Below are positions 55,368 through 64,000 of a stretch of DNA of 64,000 bases, piece after piece. The notes under the pieces are model-generated. The model was not told where the DNA came from, ran no database searches, and saw nothing but the letters and a program-made list of their open reading frames with translations. The number at the start of each line of letters is the position of its first letter. Within the stretch, counting starts at the first letter, position 1. A program made the translations under genes and the position numbers. This stretch comes from a virus (Duplodnaviria > Caudoviricetes): the IMG/VR virus record IMGVR_UViG_3300011858_000030, positions 1-64,000 of that record; one strand, 5' to 3'.

Positions 55368-56060
55368 TTACATCAGCCCCAATTCTCGGAGCTTATTCAG
55401 ATTGTGTTCTATCTTTCGCTTGCCATATTCGCCGTGAAGCCTTTCGCATTCGGCGTTATAGGCGAGGACGGCAAGCTTTAAATCATGGAAATAGCCAATG
55501 TGGTGGTACTCCCCACCTCGAGCAATCTTAGCCACCCATTTTGACACTTTTCTGCTGTCTGTAGGGGTGTGCCAAGATACTCCAATAAATCCAGATTGCG
55601 AGTCGGCTCTTAAGCTCTCGTTTAGCTTGTTAATCGTCTTGGTGGCGGGTCGTAAATTCTCAATGCGGTTATCAGAGCGCACGCCGTTAATATGATCGAT
55701 AAAATCTGGCTCATCGCCGTTGAACATCTTCCAGACAATTCGATGGGCCATTACCAGTGCGCCATCCACCTTGACGCGGATGTAGCCATCTTTGCGCTTA
55801 TAGCCACAAACTGAGCCACTCTTGACGCAGCCGCGAGATATCTTGGCTATCAGGTCAGACCCTAACACCTCAAAAAGCTCATTCAGCCTATCCTTTGATG
55901 GCAGAGGGACAACGCCATCTTTGCTGGCTGGAAGACATTTTGTTTTGTTAAGCAAAGAGGCGCACGCCTTACAGCTTCCGCGATATCCATCAGTGCATTT
56001 TTTGCTTCTGTAAAACTCAGATAACGGCTTGGTCTCACCGCATTTCTTGCATGATTTCAT
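55368..56060 (-). CDS. HNH endonuclease (N-terminal CxxC zinc motif, HNH, AP2-like)
   Basis: CKKC..CKAC; AHRIVWKM, IDHINGVRSDNRIENLR; SGFIGVSW. Confidence 0.88.
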   Translation of the reverse strand: MKSCKKCGETKPLSEFYRSKKCTDGYRGSCKACASLLNKTKCLPASKDGVVPLPSKDRLNELFEVLGSDLIAKISRGCVKSGSVCGYKRKDGYIRVKVDGALVMAHRIVWKMFNGDEPDFIDHINGVRSDNRIENLRPATKTINKLNESLRADSQSGFIGVSWHTPTDSRKVSKWVAKIARGGEYHHIGYFHDLKLAVLAYNAECERLHGEYGKRKIEHNLNKLRELGLM

Positions 56061-56161
56061 TCTAAACCTCGTAGCAGGTTTCGTAGATGATGGGTGCGGC
56101 AGGGGTGTCTACGTTCACCCTCTTCGACTGGCCGGTCTAGCCGCACGTCAATTTTACCACT

Positions 56162-57151
56162 TCACTTTTCGTCAGGCTTCCATTTCTTGCGCTCGGCAGC
56201 CAATTTATCAGCCAATCCCTCGTTATAAATCTGACCATCATCTGTCAGTAATACTGGGATTTGGCTGCAATAACAGTTGGCGCGGTTCTTCATTTCACTG
56301 TAGAAATCGCGCACCTCTTCGGTGGTGTAGACCTTGCCGTGACGGCTGGCGTGCCAGGTGCGAGTCGTCGGCTTGAGCGCTGACAGCCACAACAATCCGG
56401 TATTCAACCCTAGCCGGTCAGCAGCCCAGTCGGTTTCGTTCCATTGCGCCTGGCGCAGCGCGCCTACCTGCTCTGTCTGAGCAATGGCCTTAGCCTTCGA
56501 CATGCTCACATCGAGGCGTTTACTAATAACCTGGGCGGTATCTCTTGGTGACACCCCGCGAGCCACCGCATCGGTGATGATGTTGGTCAGATCGCCGCGG
56601 GCAGTGTCGCTGATGACCTTCCAGTCGCTGAACGTTGTCAGCCTGGCCGCCGCAACCTGATTAAGGTGACCGGGACTGCTTAAAAGCTGCTGTAGCGTTG
56701 TCTGACTGGCGTACACCTGCGACTGCTGCGAGAGGTTGTTGAAGGCCTCCAGCGTGCCGCGCTGCGCTTCTGCGACGACGTAATCCATCGCCCAGAGGTT
56801 TTGCTCGCCACCCTCCAGCAGATGGTCATCGAGAATAGCCTGTACCGCCTCCAGCAGGTCAGCCAGTTCCTGCGCCGACATGTCGTAGATGAACTTGCCG
56901 GCGTTTACCTGGTAGAGCCGCACATCCTCGCCGCGGTCATGGCAAAGGAAGTGCCAGTTATGGCTATTTACATCACGCTCCCGCCCGGTCAGGCGCTGGT
57001 CGAACAGAGCTTTCAGCGCGCGCTTGATGCCGAGATACCGATCCTCTATATCCCGGTACATCGCGGTTACCTGCTTTGCCGATCGGGTCGGGTCAACCTT
57101 GCTACGCGGAACTATCGGCAGGCCCACCTTTGCCGTCTGTTCTGGTGTCAT
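56162..57151 (-). CDS. Minor head protein (SPP1 gp7 / Mu F family)
   Basis: AKAIAQTEQVGA, WLSALKPTTRTWHASRHG, NCYCSQ. Confidence 0.85.
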   Translation of the reverse strand: MTPEQTAKVGLPIVPRSKVDPTRSAKQVTAMYRDIEDRYLGIKRALKALFDQRLTGRERDVNSHNWHFLCHDRGEDVRLYQVNAGKFIYDMSAQELADLLEAVQAILDDHLLEGGEQNLWAMDYVVAEAQRGTLEAFNNLSQQSQVYASQTTLQQLLSSPGHLNQVAAARLTTFSDWKVISDTARGDLTNIITDAVARGVSPRDTAQVISKRLDVSMSKAKAIAQTEQVGALRQAQWNETDWAADRLGLNTGLLWLSALKPTTRTWHASRHGKVYTTEEVRDFYSEMKNRANCYCSQIPVLLTDDGQIYNEGLADKLAAERKKWKPDEK

Positions 57152-58562
57152 CGGCCAGTGGATCATCGGTAGTCACCTTCTCGTCCGGTTTTGGTGGTTC
57201 TTTTTGCTCCGGTAGCGGGTCAAGCCCCACAACTTCGCGCAGCTCATTGGCTGTAATCGGCGGCTCACCGCCATAGAAGCCAGTGGTTTTCTGCACAATG
57301 TCGGCAAGTTTCGAAGCGTTCTCGATCTTCTCTTTCTCGCCTGGCGCCAGCAGGTCGCTCCATGAGATGGTGACCTCGCCTTTGGTCGGCGGGTCGATAA
57401 TCCCAAGCGTCCAGAAACGCTCCAACAACGCGGTGATCCGGTCTGTCAGGAAGCCATTACGCCGCGTGTTGCGTCGGATAGCCCAGTCCGTTTTATCCTC
57501 ATCGCTCGCCAGTCTCCCGGTCTGCTGACCGAACAGGATGGTGAACGGGATCTGTACGGAGGCGGCCAGTTCATTCGCCGTGACTTCCCATGTCGGCCCC
57601 GGGTCTCCGGGTGTAACGCTCAGAACATGCATCTGACCGGCCTGCATTACGGCCGCCGCATCAGTACCACGGTTAAGCTTGTTGACCTTGTCGCCCATCG
57701 CTTCGCCGAGATCGGCATAGCCAGCCTTCTTAGCCTGTTCTGCCAGCGTGGCCATGTCGGTTTCTTTGCTGAACTCGACGGCGATCTGTCGACTGGCGTT
57801 CTTCAGGAAACCCTCAGCGCCACCACCAGATACTTTCTCAAGGTCGAGGCCCTTGTTGTAGCCAGCTTCCAGCAGCGGGATGCCGGACAGCACATTGTCG
57901 TCTTCAGAACCTTCGCAGAACAGGATTACGCGGCTCGTGTGTACCGGTTCGCCGCGCAGCGGGCCGACAAAAGGCTCATCACCGACCGGCTGCTCGTTGA
58001 AGTTGAACATCTTCGGCTGGCCGAACGTTTCAGACTGACGGTCGTTATCCCATTCGGCGACTGTTAACTGCGGCTCCCATACCGGGATAAGTTTTACAAG
58101 CGCTGACTCTCCGAGTCGTTTTACTAAAGCAGTATCGACCTCCTGATCCCAGTTCCGATTGTCTTTCACCTGAAGAAGCAGCGCTGAATAACGCCCTACC
58201 ATATTGCGGCGATCTGCATCCTTCACCTTCGGCCACAACTTCTTCATGAACTTGGTGACTTTCTTTTCCCAGGCGTTTGTATTCTTCGCCTCCTGAGCTT
58301 CATCACCGTCAACAATGACCGGATAGTCTTGCCAGCAACCATCCAGCAGACGATGCACCACAGCGAAGCCAGCGGCGTTGCGGCGGTACATGTTGTAGAA
58401 GTCGTTGAAGGTGATCGTGCGCGGGTAGCCAAATTCCTGGTAAAGCGTCGGGCGCTTCGTGTTCCCACCACCGATGCCGATGGCATTCAGGTAATTTGCT
58501 CGCCTCATTTCAGTGGCGAGGTTGTTCACAGCCAATTGAAGGCCGTTATCTTGTTCGCTCAC
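57102..58562 (-). CDS. Portal protein (DUF1073 family)
   Basis: Follows terL; AASVQIPFTILFGQQTGRLASDED motif. Confidence 0.85.
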   Translation of the reverse strand: MSEQDNGLQLAVNNLATEMRRANYLNAIGIGGGNTKRPTLYQEFGYPRTITFNDFYNMYRRNAAGFAVVHRLLDGCWQDYPVIVDGDEAQEAKNTNAWEKKVTKFMKKLWPKVKDADRRNMVGRYSALLLQVKDNRNWDQEVDTALVKRLGESALVKLIPVWEPQLTVAEWDNDRQSETFGQPKMFNFNEQPVGDEPFVGPLRGEPVHTSRVILFCEGSEDDNVLSGIPLLEAGYNKGLDLEKVSGGGAEGFLKNASRQIAVEFSKETDMATLAEQAKKAGYADLGEAMGDKVNKLNRGTDAAAVMQAGQMHVLSVTPGDPGPTWEVTANELAASVQIPFTILFGQQTGRLASDEDKTDWAIRRNTRRNGFLTDRITALLERFWTLGIIDPPTKGEVTISWSDLLAPGEKEKIENASKLADIVQKTTGFYGGEPPITANELREVVGLDPLPEQKEPPKPDEKVTTDDPLADDTRTDGKGGPADSSA

Positions 58563-58574
58563 TGGCGATGCTCC

Positions 58575-60047
58575 TTAGAAGAATACTGTGCCGACCTGCT
58601 TGCGGTTGTTCTTCGTCACTGCGAAGTAACGAAAGCCGTCAGCACCGTGCGAGGTGGCGTCATGGAGAGGTTTGTCTTTCCAGCAGCCGCGCTTGTCGTC
58701 CCACTCCTTACGGTAGCCCTCAAGGTGAGAGATACCTTCCGAGCATTTCTCCTCATCGAATACGCATTTCGGGAGGATTTCACGCGCCGACTCAATGCCG
58801 GTATCGATGCCGGCTTTCGGCACCACTTTGAAATTCAGTGAGTACATCTGACCATCGATTTCGTAACCTTCGCGCGCCAGCTCTTTGCGTGACTTCGCAT
58901 CAGCAGCGAACTCGCGGTTTTCGATGTCGTGCGGCCCCCAGTGCTCGCCGTACTCATAGCCACGGTCTTTCAGCACCTTCATGTAGTGCCTCAGCCCCTC
59001 GCCGGAGTTTTCGTAGTAGTCGATGATGTGGAACTCTTCGCCAACCTCGCGCACGAACCAGATCGCCGTGGAGTCACCCACGCCGATATCCCAGAACGTG
59101 TGTACAGGGAGGTGGGAGTTATCAGGGATTTGGCCGATCCGCTTGTTGGTGTAGAGCCAGCGGAACTGTTTGGCGTAGTACGCGCCCTCGACCGACTGCT
59201 GGAACGCCTCGGCCGGAATGGTCGGGTATTCGCGCTTCATGTCATCGCCGAGTGTTTTCTCTTTGGCGTAGTACCAGGCTTTCTGGCGTTCGTTGACGAC
59301 TACGCCGTGCTTCGCCTTCATTTCAGCGAAGTACTCAAGCAGGCGCACCGGCAGAGATTCAACCGGGTCGATTGCGTACTGCGGATTCTTCCACCAGGAG
59401 AAGAAGAAAAACTTCCAGTCCAGTGCGGATAAAGGCTTGCCCTGCAGTAACGCTTTCTCTGCCGTCTGGCAGTAATCGAAGAAGTAACCCGCCCGGCCCT
59501 CTGCCGTGCTCTCGATAGTAGCGAAGCATCCGGTCGATACCGCCTCAAAGGCACCAGTGACGATTTCACGGGCTTTGTCAGGATACTTGGCGCATATCTT
59601 CCCGAACTCGGAAACGTGCAGGTAGCGCAGCGTACCGCCACGAAATGACGTGCTGACGTAGAGTGAGCCGCCCTTCTTAAAGACGAGTTCGCCAGAAGAG
59701 TCATTACTCGCCGGGTTGGCCGCCTTTATCTCTGCTGGCAGCTTGTCGTATGCGTACTTCACCTTTTCGCGGAACAGGCGCTTTGCGTCATTCAGCGTGT
59801 GGGCAATCAGCGCGCACTTCGCCGACTCAAACAGGGCCGCGTCGAGCTGGATGATGCACACCTCAGTGGTGAAGCCGAGCTGACGGGCTTTCAGGATGAT
59901 GTTTCGGGTGTGGATCCCCTCGAAGTATTCCCGCTGCTCAGGTGTCATCCTGAACCGCGTAGGCTTTCCCTCTTTGTTGGTGATCCAGTAGAGATTGTTC
60001 AGCCGCCAGTCTTTGTCGGCCAGCAGCTTGATGTGCTCAGGTTTCAT
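58575..60047 (-). CDS. Terminase large subunit
   Basis: ILKARQLGFTT, LHVSEFG, IESTAEG, WDIGVGD, SHGADGFRY. Confidence 0.93.
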   Translation of the reverse strand: MKPEHIKLLADKDWRLNNLYWITNKEGKPTRFRMTPEQREYFEGIHTRNIILKARQLGFTTEVCIIQLDAALFESAKCALIAHTLNDAKRLFREKVKYAYDKLPAEIKAANPASNDSSGELVFKKGGSLYVSTSFRGGTLRYLHVSEFGKICAKYPDKAREIVTGAFEAVSTGCFATIESTAEGRAGYFFDYCQTAEKALLQGKPLSALDWKFFFFSWWKNPQYAIDPVESLPVRLLEYFAEMKAKHGVVVNERQKAWYYAKEKTLGDDMKREYPTIPAEAFQQSVEGAYYAKQFRWLYTNKRIGQIPDNSHLPVHTFWDIGVGDSTAIWFVREVGEEFHIIDYYENSGEGLRHYMKVLKDRGYEYGEHWGPHDIENREFAADAKSRKELAREGYEIDGQMYSLNFKVVPKAGIDTGIESAREILPKCVFDEEKCSEGISHLEGYRKEWDDKRGCWKDKPLHDATSHGADGFRYFAVTKNNRKQVGTVFF

Positions 60048-60565
60048 TACGCCCCCTGAGACAATGAATCCATCAGGTCAGAGATACTGTCCGTATCGTT
60101 GTTCTTGTCACCGGTATCGATGTTGTAGGCTTCTCGCTCGGCCTTGATGACCTTTATCTGTGCGTCGACACCTGCCACCAGAGACCTGGACAGTGACGCA
60201 TGATTGTCCTCGGTGAATTCCACATCATCCAGGAAGTCACCAAGCTTTCCAGCGATACGACGCCATCGCGCCAAATCAACCCGATGCTCAAGAACTACAG
60301 CCGCAGCTTCATCAGCAGCTTCGTTAACAATCTCTTCATCAGTTCGCACATGTTCGCGCGAACCATCATTGCGAACCTCTTTGCGAACGAGCTTCTGCCG
60401 CGTGGCCTTCTGCACTTGTCCTGTCAGGTCTCGCTGCCACCCGTTTTGCGTTGCTCGCTTACGAATGGCTGTATCACTTACGCCGTGTTTATCGGCTATT
60501 GCTCGGATAGACAATGAACCGGCCCGGTAAGCCGTTTCGATAGCCTCCCAGTCCGGTTTTGCCAT
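60047..60565 (-). CDS. Terminase small subunit
   Basis: PDWEAIETAYRAG..SIRAIA..GVSDTAIRKRA..GWQR HTH. Confidence 0.85.
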   Translation of the reverse strand: MAKPDWEAIETAYRAGSLSIRAIADKHGVSDTAIRKRATQNGWQRDLTGQVQKATRQKLVRKEVRNDGSREHVRTDEEIVNEAADEAAAVVLEHRVDLARWRRIAGKLGDFLDDVEFTEDNHASLSRSLVAGVDAQIKVIKAEREAYNIDTGDKNNDTDSISDLMDSLSQGA

Positions 60566-60652
60566 AAATTATCCTTTAACTTCCTTTATGAATGCGTATA
60601 TTAAATATTTTTTTAGAAACAACTTTTTTGGTTGTCTTAGGAGAATGTAGTA

Positions 60653-60967
60653 ATGGAAAAATCTGGTACCGATAATAATGGAAAAGCTGATGTAAGCTCA
60701 TGGTTCAAGGCAGGTGTTGAAGATTTAAAAGGCCAGTGTAAAGCTGTAGTATTTTTTGCTTTGTCTATAACTGTCTGCATGTGGATGTCACTAGGCAATA
60801 CATCCTCTCCAAAAGTGAGTATTGCGTGGCTTTTCGCTGCCATTGTTTGTTGTCAGGCATCTACTGACCTTATCACTTTCTCTAGCCCTAAAAGCAAAAG
60901 CAACTTTACGGTCGCTTTAAGGCTAATTTCTGGTGGTCTAGCTATTTGGGTCGCATATAACATTTAA
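60653..60967 (+). CDS. AT-rich membrane protein moron
   Basis: About three hydrophobic segments, RBS AGGAGA, antisense to the late operon. Confidence 0.65.
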   Translation: MEKSGTDNNGKADVSSWFKAGVEDLKGQCKAVVFFALSITVCMWMSLGNTSSPKVSIAWLFAAIVCCQASTDLITFSSPKSKSNFTVALRLISGGLAIWVAYNI

Positions 60968-60988
60968 TTTCTTTTCGCAGTAAAATCA

Positions 60989-61252
60989 ATGAGGCACTCC
61001 CGACAGAACATTTCTTGTTTGTCAGTGAGTGCCATATTTTTTACCAACACTGAGGTGAAGTTTTTGGACAGTTACTACATAACCATTGACGCAATACAAA
61101 TCTTGCTTGCGAAAAGTAATGGTTTTTACCTAATTTCTTGGTCTAATCAAAACCGTACTGCCATTTCAAAAGAAGAGCTAGCTCGCATTCTGGCATCAGA
61201 ATTTGGCATCACCAAACGTGAAGCTACTAATTACATTGCTGATTTGAACTAA
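60989..61252 (+). CDS. AT-rich hypothetical protein
   Basis: Follows 60653-60967; hairpin at 61261-61289 after the stop; start uncertain. Confidence 0.5.
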   Translation: MRHSRQNISCLSVSAIFFTNTEVKFLDSYYITIDAIQILLAKSNGFYLISWSNQNRTAISKEELARILASEFGITKREATNYIADLN

Positions 61253-61314
61253 CCTTTCTCGCCATCGAATTCGCACTGGGTTTGATGGCTTCCTTGTACT
61301 GATTTGCTCATTCG

Positions 61315-61521
61315 TTACTCCGTTGTTTGTTCGGTCTGCTCTGCCGGTACTGGCGCGAAATGCACGCGCTTCACATCGGCCGGAGCGAAATACAGCCACT
61401 CGCCTGTCTCAGTCGCCAGCGGCACAAAGCCATTAACCAGCTCCGGCTGACGGCGTAACATCTTGCCCGTGAAGCTTTCGCCTGTTTGGGTGGTTAGCGT
61501 GATTTGGTAGATGTCAGCCAT
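61315..61521 (-). CDS. Small hypothetical phage protein
   Basis: 68 aa, RBS GGAG; typical lysis-terminase interval. Confidence 0.6.
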   Translation of the reverse strand: MADIYQITLTTQTGESFTGKMLRRQPELVNGFVPLATETGEWLYFAPADVKRVHFAPVPAEQTEQTTE

Positions 61522-61666
61522 TCAGCTCCACCTCTGCGCCTTCTGCTACAACCTCTTTCTTGAAGCAGATATCAGTTAACCAGTGCCAGTTAGTCAGTGC
61601 CGCGACAAACAGCAAAGGCTTCATGTATGGGCGAAGTGTCATTTTATAGGTTAGGGTGCCAATCAT
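61514..61666 (-). CDS. Small hypothetical protein (50 aa)
   Basis: Manual translation MIGTLTYKMTLRPYMKPLLFVAALTNW...ELNG*; RBS GGAGGT. Confidence 0.5.
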   Translation of the reverse strand: MIGTLTYKMTLRPYMKPLLFVAALTNWHWLTDICFKKEVVAEGAEVELNG

Positions 61667-61721
61667 AATTTACCTCCACTTGTCATTATCGAAGCCCCTC
61701 AGTGAAGAGCTTCTGTAATGG

Positions 61722-61985
61722 CTACTTCGCCTTTGCTTTTGTTTCAGCTCGCTTACGGCGCCGTTCTTCTTTCTTCTCGGCGTTTGCCATGTCCATGAAT
61801 GCCTGCATGATCGAGTTCCTCATCATGTAACTGACAAAGTGATGATTGACGCAGCCGTTGAGACGGAGTTGCTCGCCAAACTGATCAACCGAGGCCAGCA
61901 CTTCCATCATGCCCTTCTCGCCTTTCATGAACTCAGAGAAGTCTCGCCCCGCTCTGGAGGCGCATTCGATGACGCGATTATTCAT
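61722..61985 (-). CDS. Hypothetical protein coupled to KilA-N gene
   Basis: ATGA overlap, basic C-terminus. Confidence 0.65.
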   Translation of the reverse strand: MNNRVIECASRAGRDFSEFMKGEKGMMEVLASVDQFGEQLRLNGCVNHHFVSYMMRNSIMQAFMDMANAEKKEERRRKRAETKAKAK

Positions 61986-62479
61986 CCTTGAAGCCCTGGG
62001 ATCGTAATCTGCAGCTGGTTAGCAAGGGTGTTAATCTCAGCGACCAACACGGGCTTCGTATAACGCCATGCTGCGAGTCCTTGTCCGCAGAAGCTCGCCA
62101 TGTCCTTTTTCTGGTCAAACTCATGGCACTTCATGTTGAGCTGCGCACTTAAGCTGTTGCGATGCTGAAGTTCTCCAGTGAAGTAGTCATCGAGGACTTT
62201 ATAGGCCGCGTACTTGAACCCGGGGTTTAACCAAGCCGCATAATCGTAAGCAACAAACTTCCCGCCATATGTTCCACCGTGTACACCGCGCTCAGTGAAA
62301 ACCACAGATTCGTGGTTTTTCTCCAGCTCGGCCAGGAACTCTTTTGTCTGCTTGTTTCGCAGATAGTGGTAAGGCGACTCAGCATCACTTTTGCCACTGG
62401 CTTTCCACATATCGGTGAGGCAGATCATGCCGTCTTCCCCGACACGGATTGGTTGATTGAAGAGGGTTAATGATTTCAT
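61982..62479 (-). CDS. KilA-N domain DNA-binding protein
   Basis: DGMICLTDMWKASG, GGTY, YAAWLNPGF; start ATG 62479. Confidence 0.85.
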   Translation of the reverse strand: MKSLTLFNQPIRVGEDGMICLTDMWKASGKSDAESPYHYLRNKQTKEFLAELEKNHESVVFTERGVHGGTYGGKFVAYDYAAWLNPGFKYAAYKVLDDYFTGELQHRNSLSAQLNMKCHEFDQKKDMASFCGQGLAAWRYTKPVLVAEINTLANQLQITIPGLQG

Positions 62480-62627
62480 TTCGCTGATACCTTTTGGTGG
62501 TTGAGCCTGTTCTCGTAGATACGGGCAGCCCAAGAGCGGTCAGCGTTACCACTGCCTTATCTCAAGCTCTACCCCGAAAGGCTCTTGGTTGATATGCGCA
62601 CGAGAATGCGCGGTTTACTGCGGACAT

Positions 62628-62652
62628 AAAAAAGCCCGACCGAAGTCAGGCT
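62628..62652 (-). terminator. Intrinsic terminator after Rz
   Basis: - strand AGCCTGAC-TTCG-GTCGGGCT-TTTTT. Confidence 0.75.
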
Positions 62653-62671
62653 CTGTTATTTGGGTAACGAA

Positions 62672-63145
62672 TCATTTAAGACACTGCTCTTTGATGTAGT
62701 CCTGCATGCCGCGAATCATCTTGTCAGCGGTTGCGATTCCGTCCCGGTGATCGAAATAATTCCGTCGAGCGTCTGGAGTAAGTTCGGGGGCTCCTGCATC
62801 ATCCACGCCGGTGGCGGAGGTGGCTTTTGACACTCCATGGCAGGTTGCGGCGATGCGCAGCCGTTTAGCGCCAGAATCGACATCCCGACGCAAATCGTTA
62901 ATGGTTTTTTTCGCATCGGACAATTCCTTCGTGTATTTGGCATCCAGCGCAGCAACATCGCGCTGACGCACCTGCATGTCTTTGATGGTGGCGTTCGCCA
63001 GGCTGAGGTTCTTGGTGGCCTTATCGCGCTGGTCTTTGTAGGTGATGGCGTTGTCGCGGTAGTGGTTAACGAAGAACGCCAGCACGCCGATTAAGGCCAC
63101 CACCAGCAGCTGCCGCCAGTAACGCTTTACCAGCGTGCCAATCAC
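62672..63145 (-). CDS. Rz inner-membrane spanin
   Basis: N-terminal [37 protein letters not shown]. Confidence 0.9.
   Translation of the reverse strand: MIGTLVKRYWRQLLVVALIGVLAFFVNHYRDNAITYKDQRDKATKNLSLANATIKDMQVRQRDVAALDAKYTKELSDAKKTINDLRRDVDSGAKRLRIAATCHGVSKATSATGVDDAGAPELTPDARRNYFDHRDGIATADKMIRGMQDYIKEQCLK
62716..62916 (-). CDS. Rz1 outer-membrane lipoprotein spanin (embedded)
   Basis: [20 protein letters not shown] lipobox, PPPPPAWMM. Confidence 0.85.
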   Translation of the reverse strand: MRKKPLTICVGMSILALNGCASPQPAMECQKPPPPPAWMMQEPPNLLQTLDGIISITGTESQPLTR

Positions 63146-63582
63146 GACAGGAACAGAGCCCGCTCTGCCTCCCGGCGACGGGTCAGCCCGTTCAGCACCT
63201 TCCCACCAGCTTTATTCCAGCGCAGGAACTCATCGGCAGCGCCAGCGTAATCACCGGCGTTAAGTTTTCGCAGAAGGGTCGATGTCGACAGTGACCGGGC
63301 GCCGAGGTTGTAAGTGAACGACACCAGAGCGTCGAATTGCCCCTGAGTCAGACCAACTTTAACCAGGCGGGACACGTCGCTCTCGTAGCTTACCAGTCCG
63401 GTCTTCAGCAGGCGCTCTGCCGTTTCCTGCTTGATAGTCATACCCGCGCGGATCGGTTTGCCGTCGACAGGCTGAGTCCAGCCATAGCCGATCGTCCACA
63501 CTCCGACGCTGTCCTGGTAGGCGGTGAGTTTGCAGCCTTCGAATTGCTTGATCAGGGCAATGCCTTTATCACTGGTTTGCAT
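63142..63582 (-). CDS. Endolysin (GH24 phage lysozyme)
   Basis: [21 protein letters not shown] catalytic E/D/T; [13 protein letters not shown]. Confidence 0.93.
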   Translation of the reverse strand: MQTSDKGIALIKQFEGCKLTAYQDSVGVWTIGYGWTQPVDGKPIRAGMTIKQETAERLLKTGLVSYESDVSRLVKVGLTQGQFDALVSFTYNLGARSLSTSTLLRKLNAGDYAGAADEFLRWNKAGGKVLNGLTRRREAERALFLS

Positions 63583-63910
63583 CTCCGCCTCCAAAGCGAG
63601 AATTAAACACCCGGGAAGCCATAACTTTAACCTGCTCTACGCCAACAAACCCGAGCGCGCCACCGATAGCAATCGACAGGGACTGCGGAAGGTTGAAGTA
63701 ATCAAGAGCTGACACAGCTGTAAGGGTCAGGGCTCCACAGATTGCCCCTTCAAGGAGCATTTTCTTCCAGCCGCCACCGCCGTAAGCGATTCGTAATGCG
63801 GCCATGGCAACCGATAGCAAGACGGCACCCATCGGCGTTTCGCCACGCCACCAGCTGTGGAGTAGTTCGATAAACTCCGTCCAGGAGTGGGGATCGTTAT
63901 GCATTTTCAT
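63569..63910 (-). CDS. Lambda-family holin with dual-start M-K-M
   Basis: Three hydrophobic segments, GGALGFVGVE; ATG at 63910 and 63904 (antiholin/holin). Confidence 0.88.
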   Translation of the reverse strand: MKMHNDPHSWTEFIELLHSWWRGETPMGAVLLSVAMAALRIAYGGGGWKKMLLEGAICGALTLTAVSALDYFNLPQSLSIAIGGALGFVGVEQVKVMASRVFNSRFGGGDANQ

Positions 63911-64000
63911 AGTCTCTAACCTCCGGCTTAAAAGCGGGGGCTGTGTGTTTAAAAGGGGTCAGGCCCTCGGGACGATTTAACAAGAAGGCATGTCGAGGAT

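Noticed and set aside
57102-58562. Anti-CBASS (Acb1) function sometimes attached to DUF1073 proteins
   Set aside because: Size and position between terL and the minor head gene indicate a portal protein.
1-64000. CRISPR array, tRNA/rRNA genes, DGR or retron
   Set aside because: No regularly spaced repeats, no RNA-gene signatures and no reverse-transcriptase ORF seen by eye; tRNAscan or Infernal was not run.

Overview
The whole window is phage DNA with a nested structure. The outer element is the late region of a lambdoid, ES18-like siphovirus prophage on the - strand. It runs holin-lysozyme-Rz/Rz1 (63.9-62.7 kb), terminase, portal, head and tail genes, tape measure, tail tip (NlpC/P60, J-like) and an SGNH-esterase tailspike. 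It is followed by a convergent AT-rich acyltransferase-SGNH moron and a LexA-controlled UmuD'-like gene. An apparently complete 35,497-bp Mu-like transposable prophage (TG at 7869 to CA at 43365) is inserted into a free-standing HNH gene of the outer tail operon. Removing it and one copy of a 4-bp CTAG duplication restores a 155-aa HNH ORF in frame. The Mu-like phage carries repressor/ner/A/B, accessory early genes, GemA, Mor, a lysis cassette, head and contractile-tail genes, and a Gin-type invertase. The invertase sits beside a ~1.87-kb invertible segment that swaps two unrelated tail-fibre tips with their chaperones. A 16-bp motif marks three late promoters, two probably leaderless. Family assignments come from motif recognition by eye; no database searches were run. 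No tRNA, rRNA or CRISPR array was seen.
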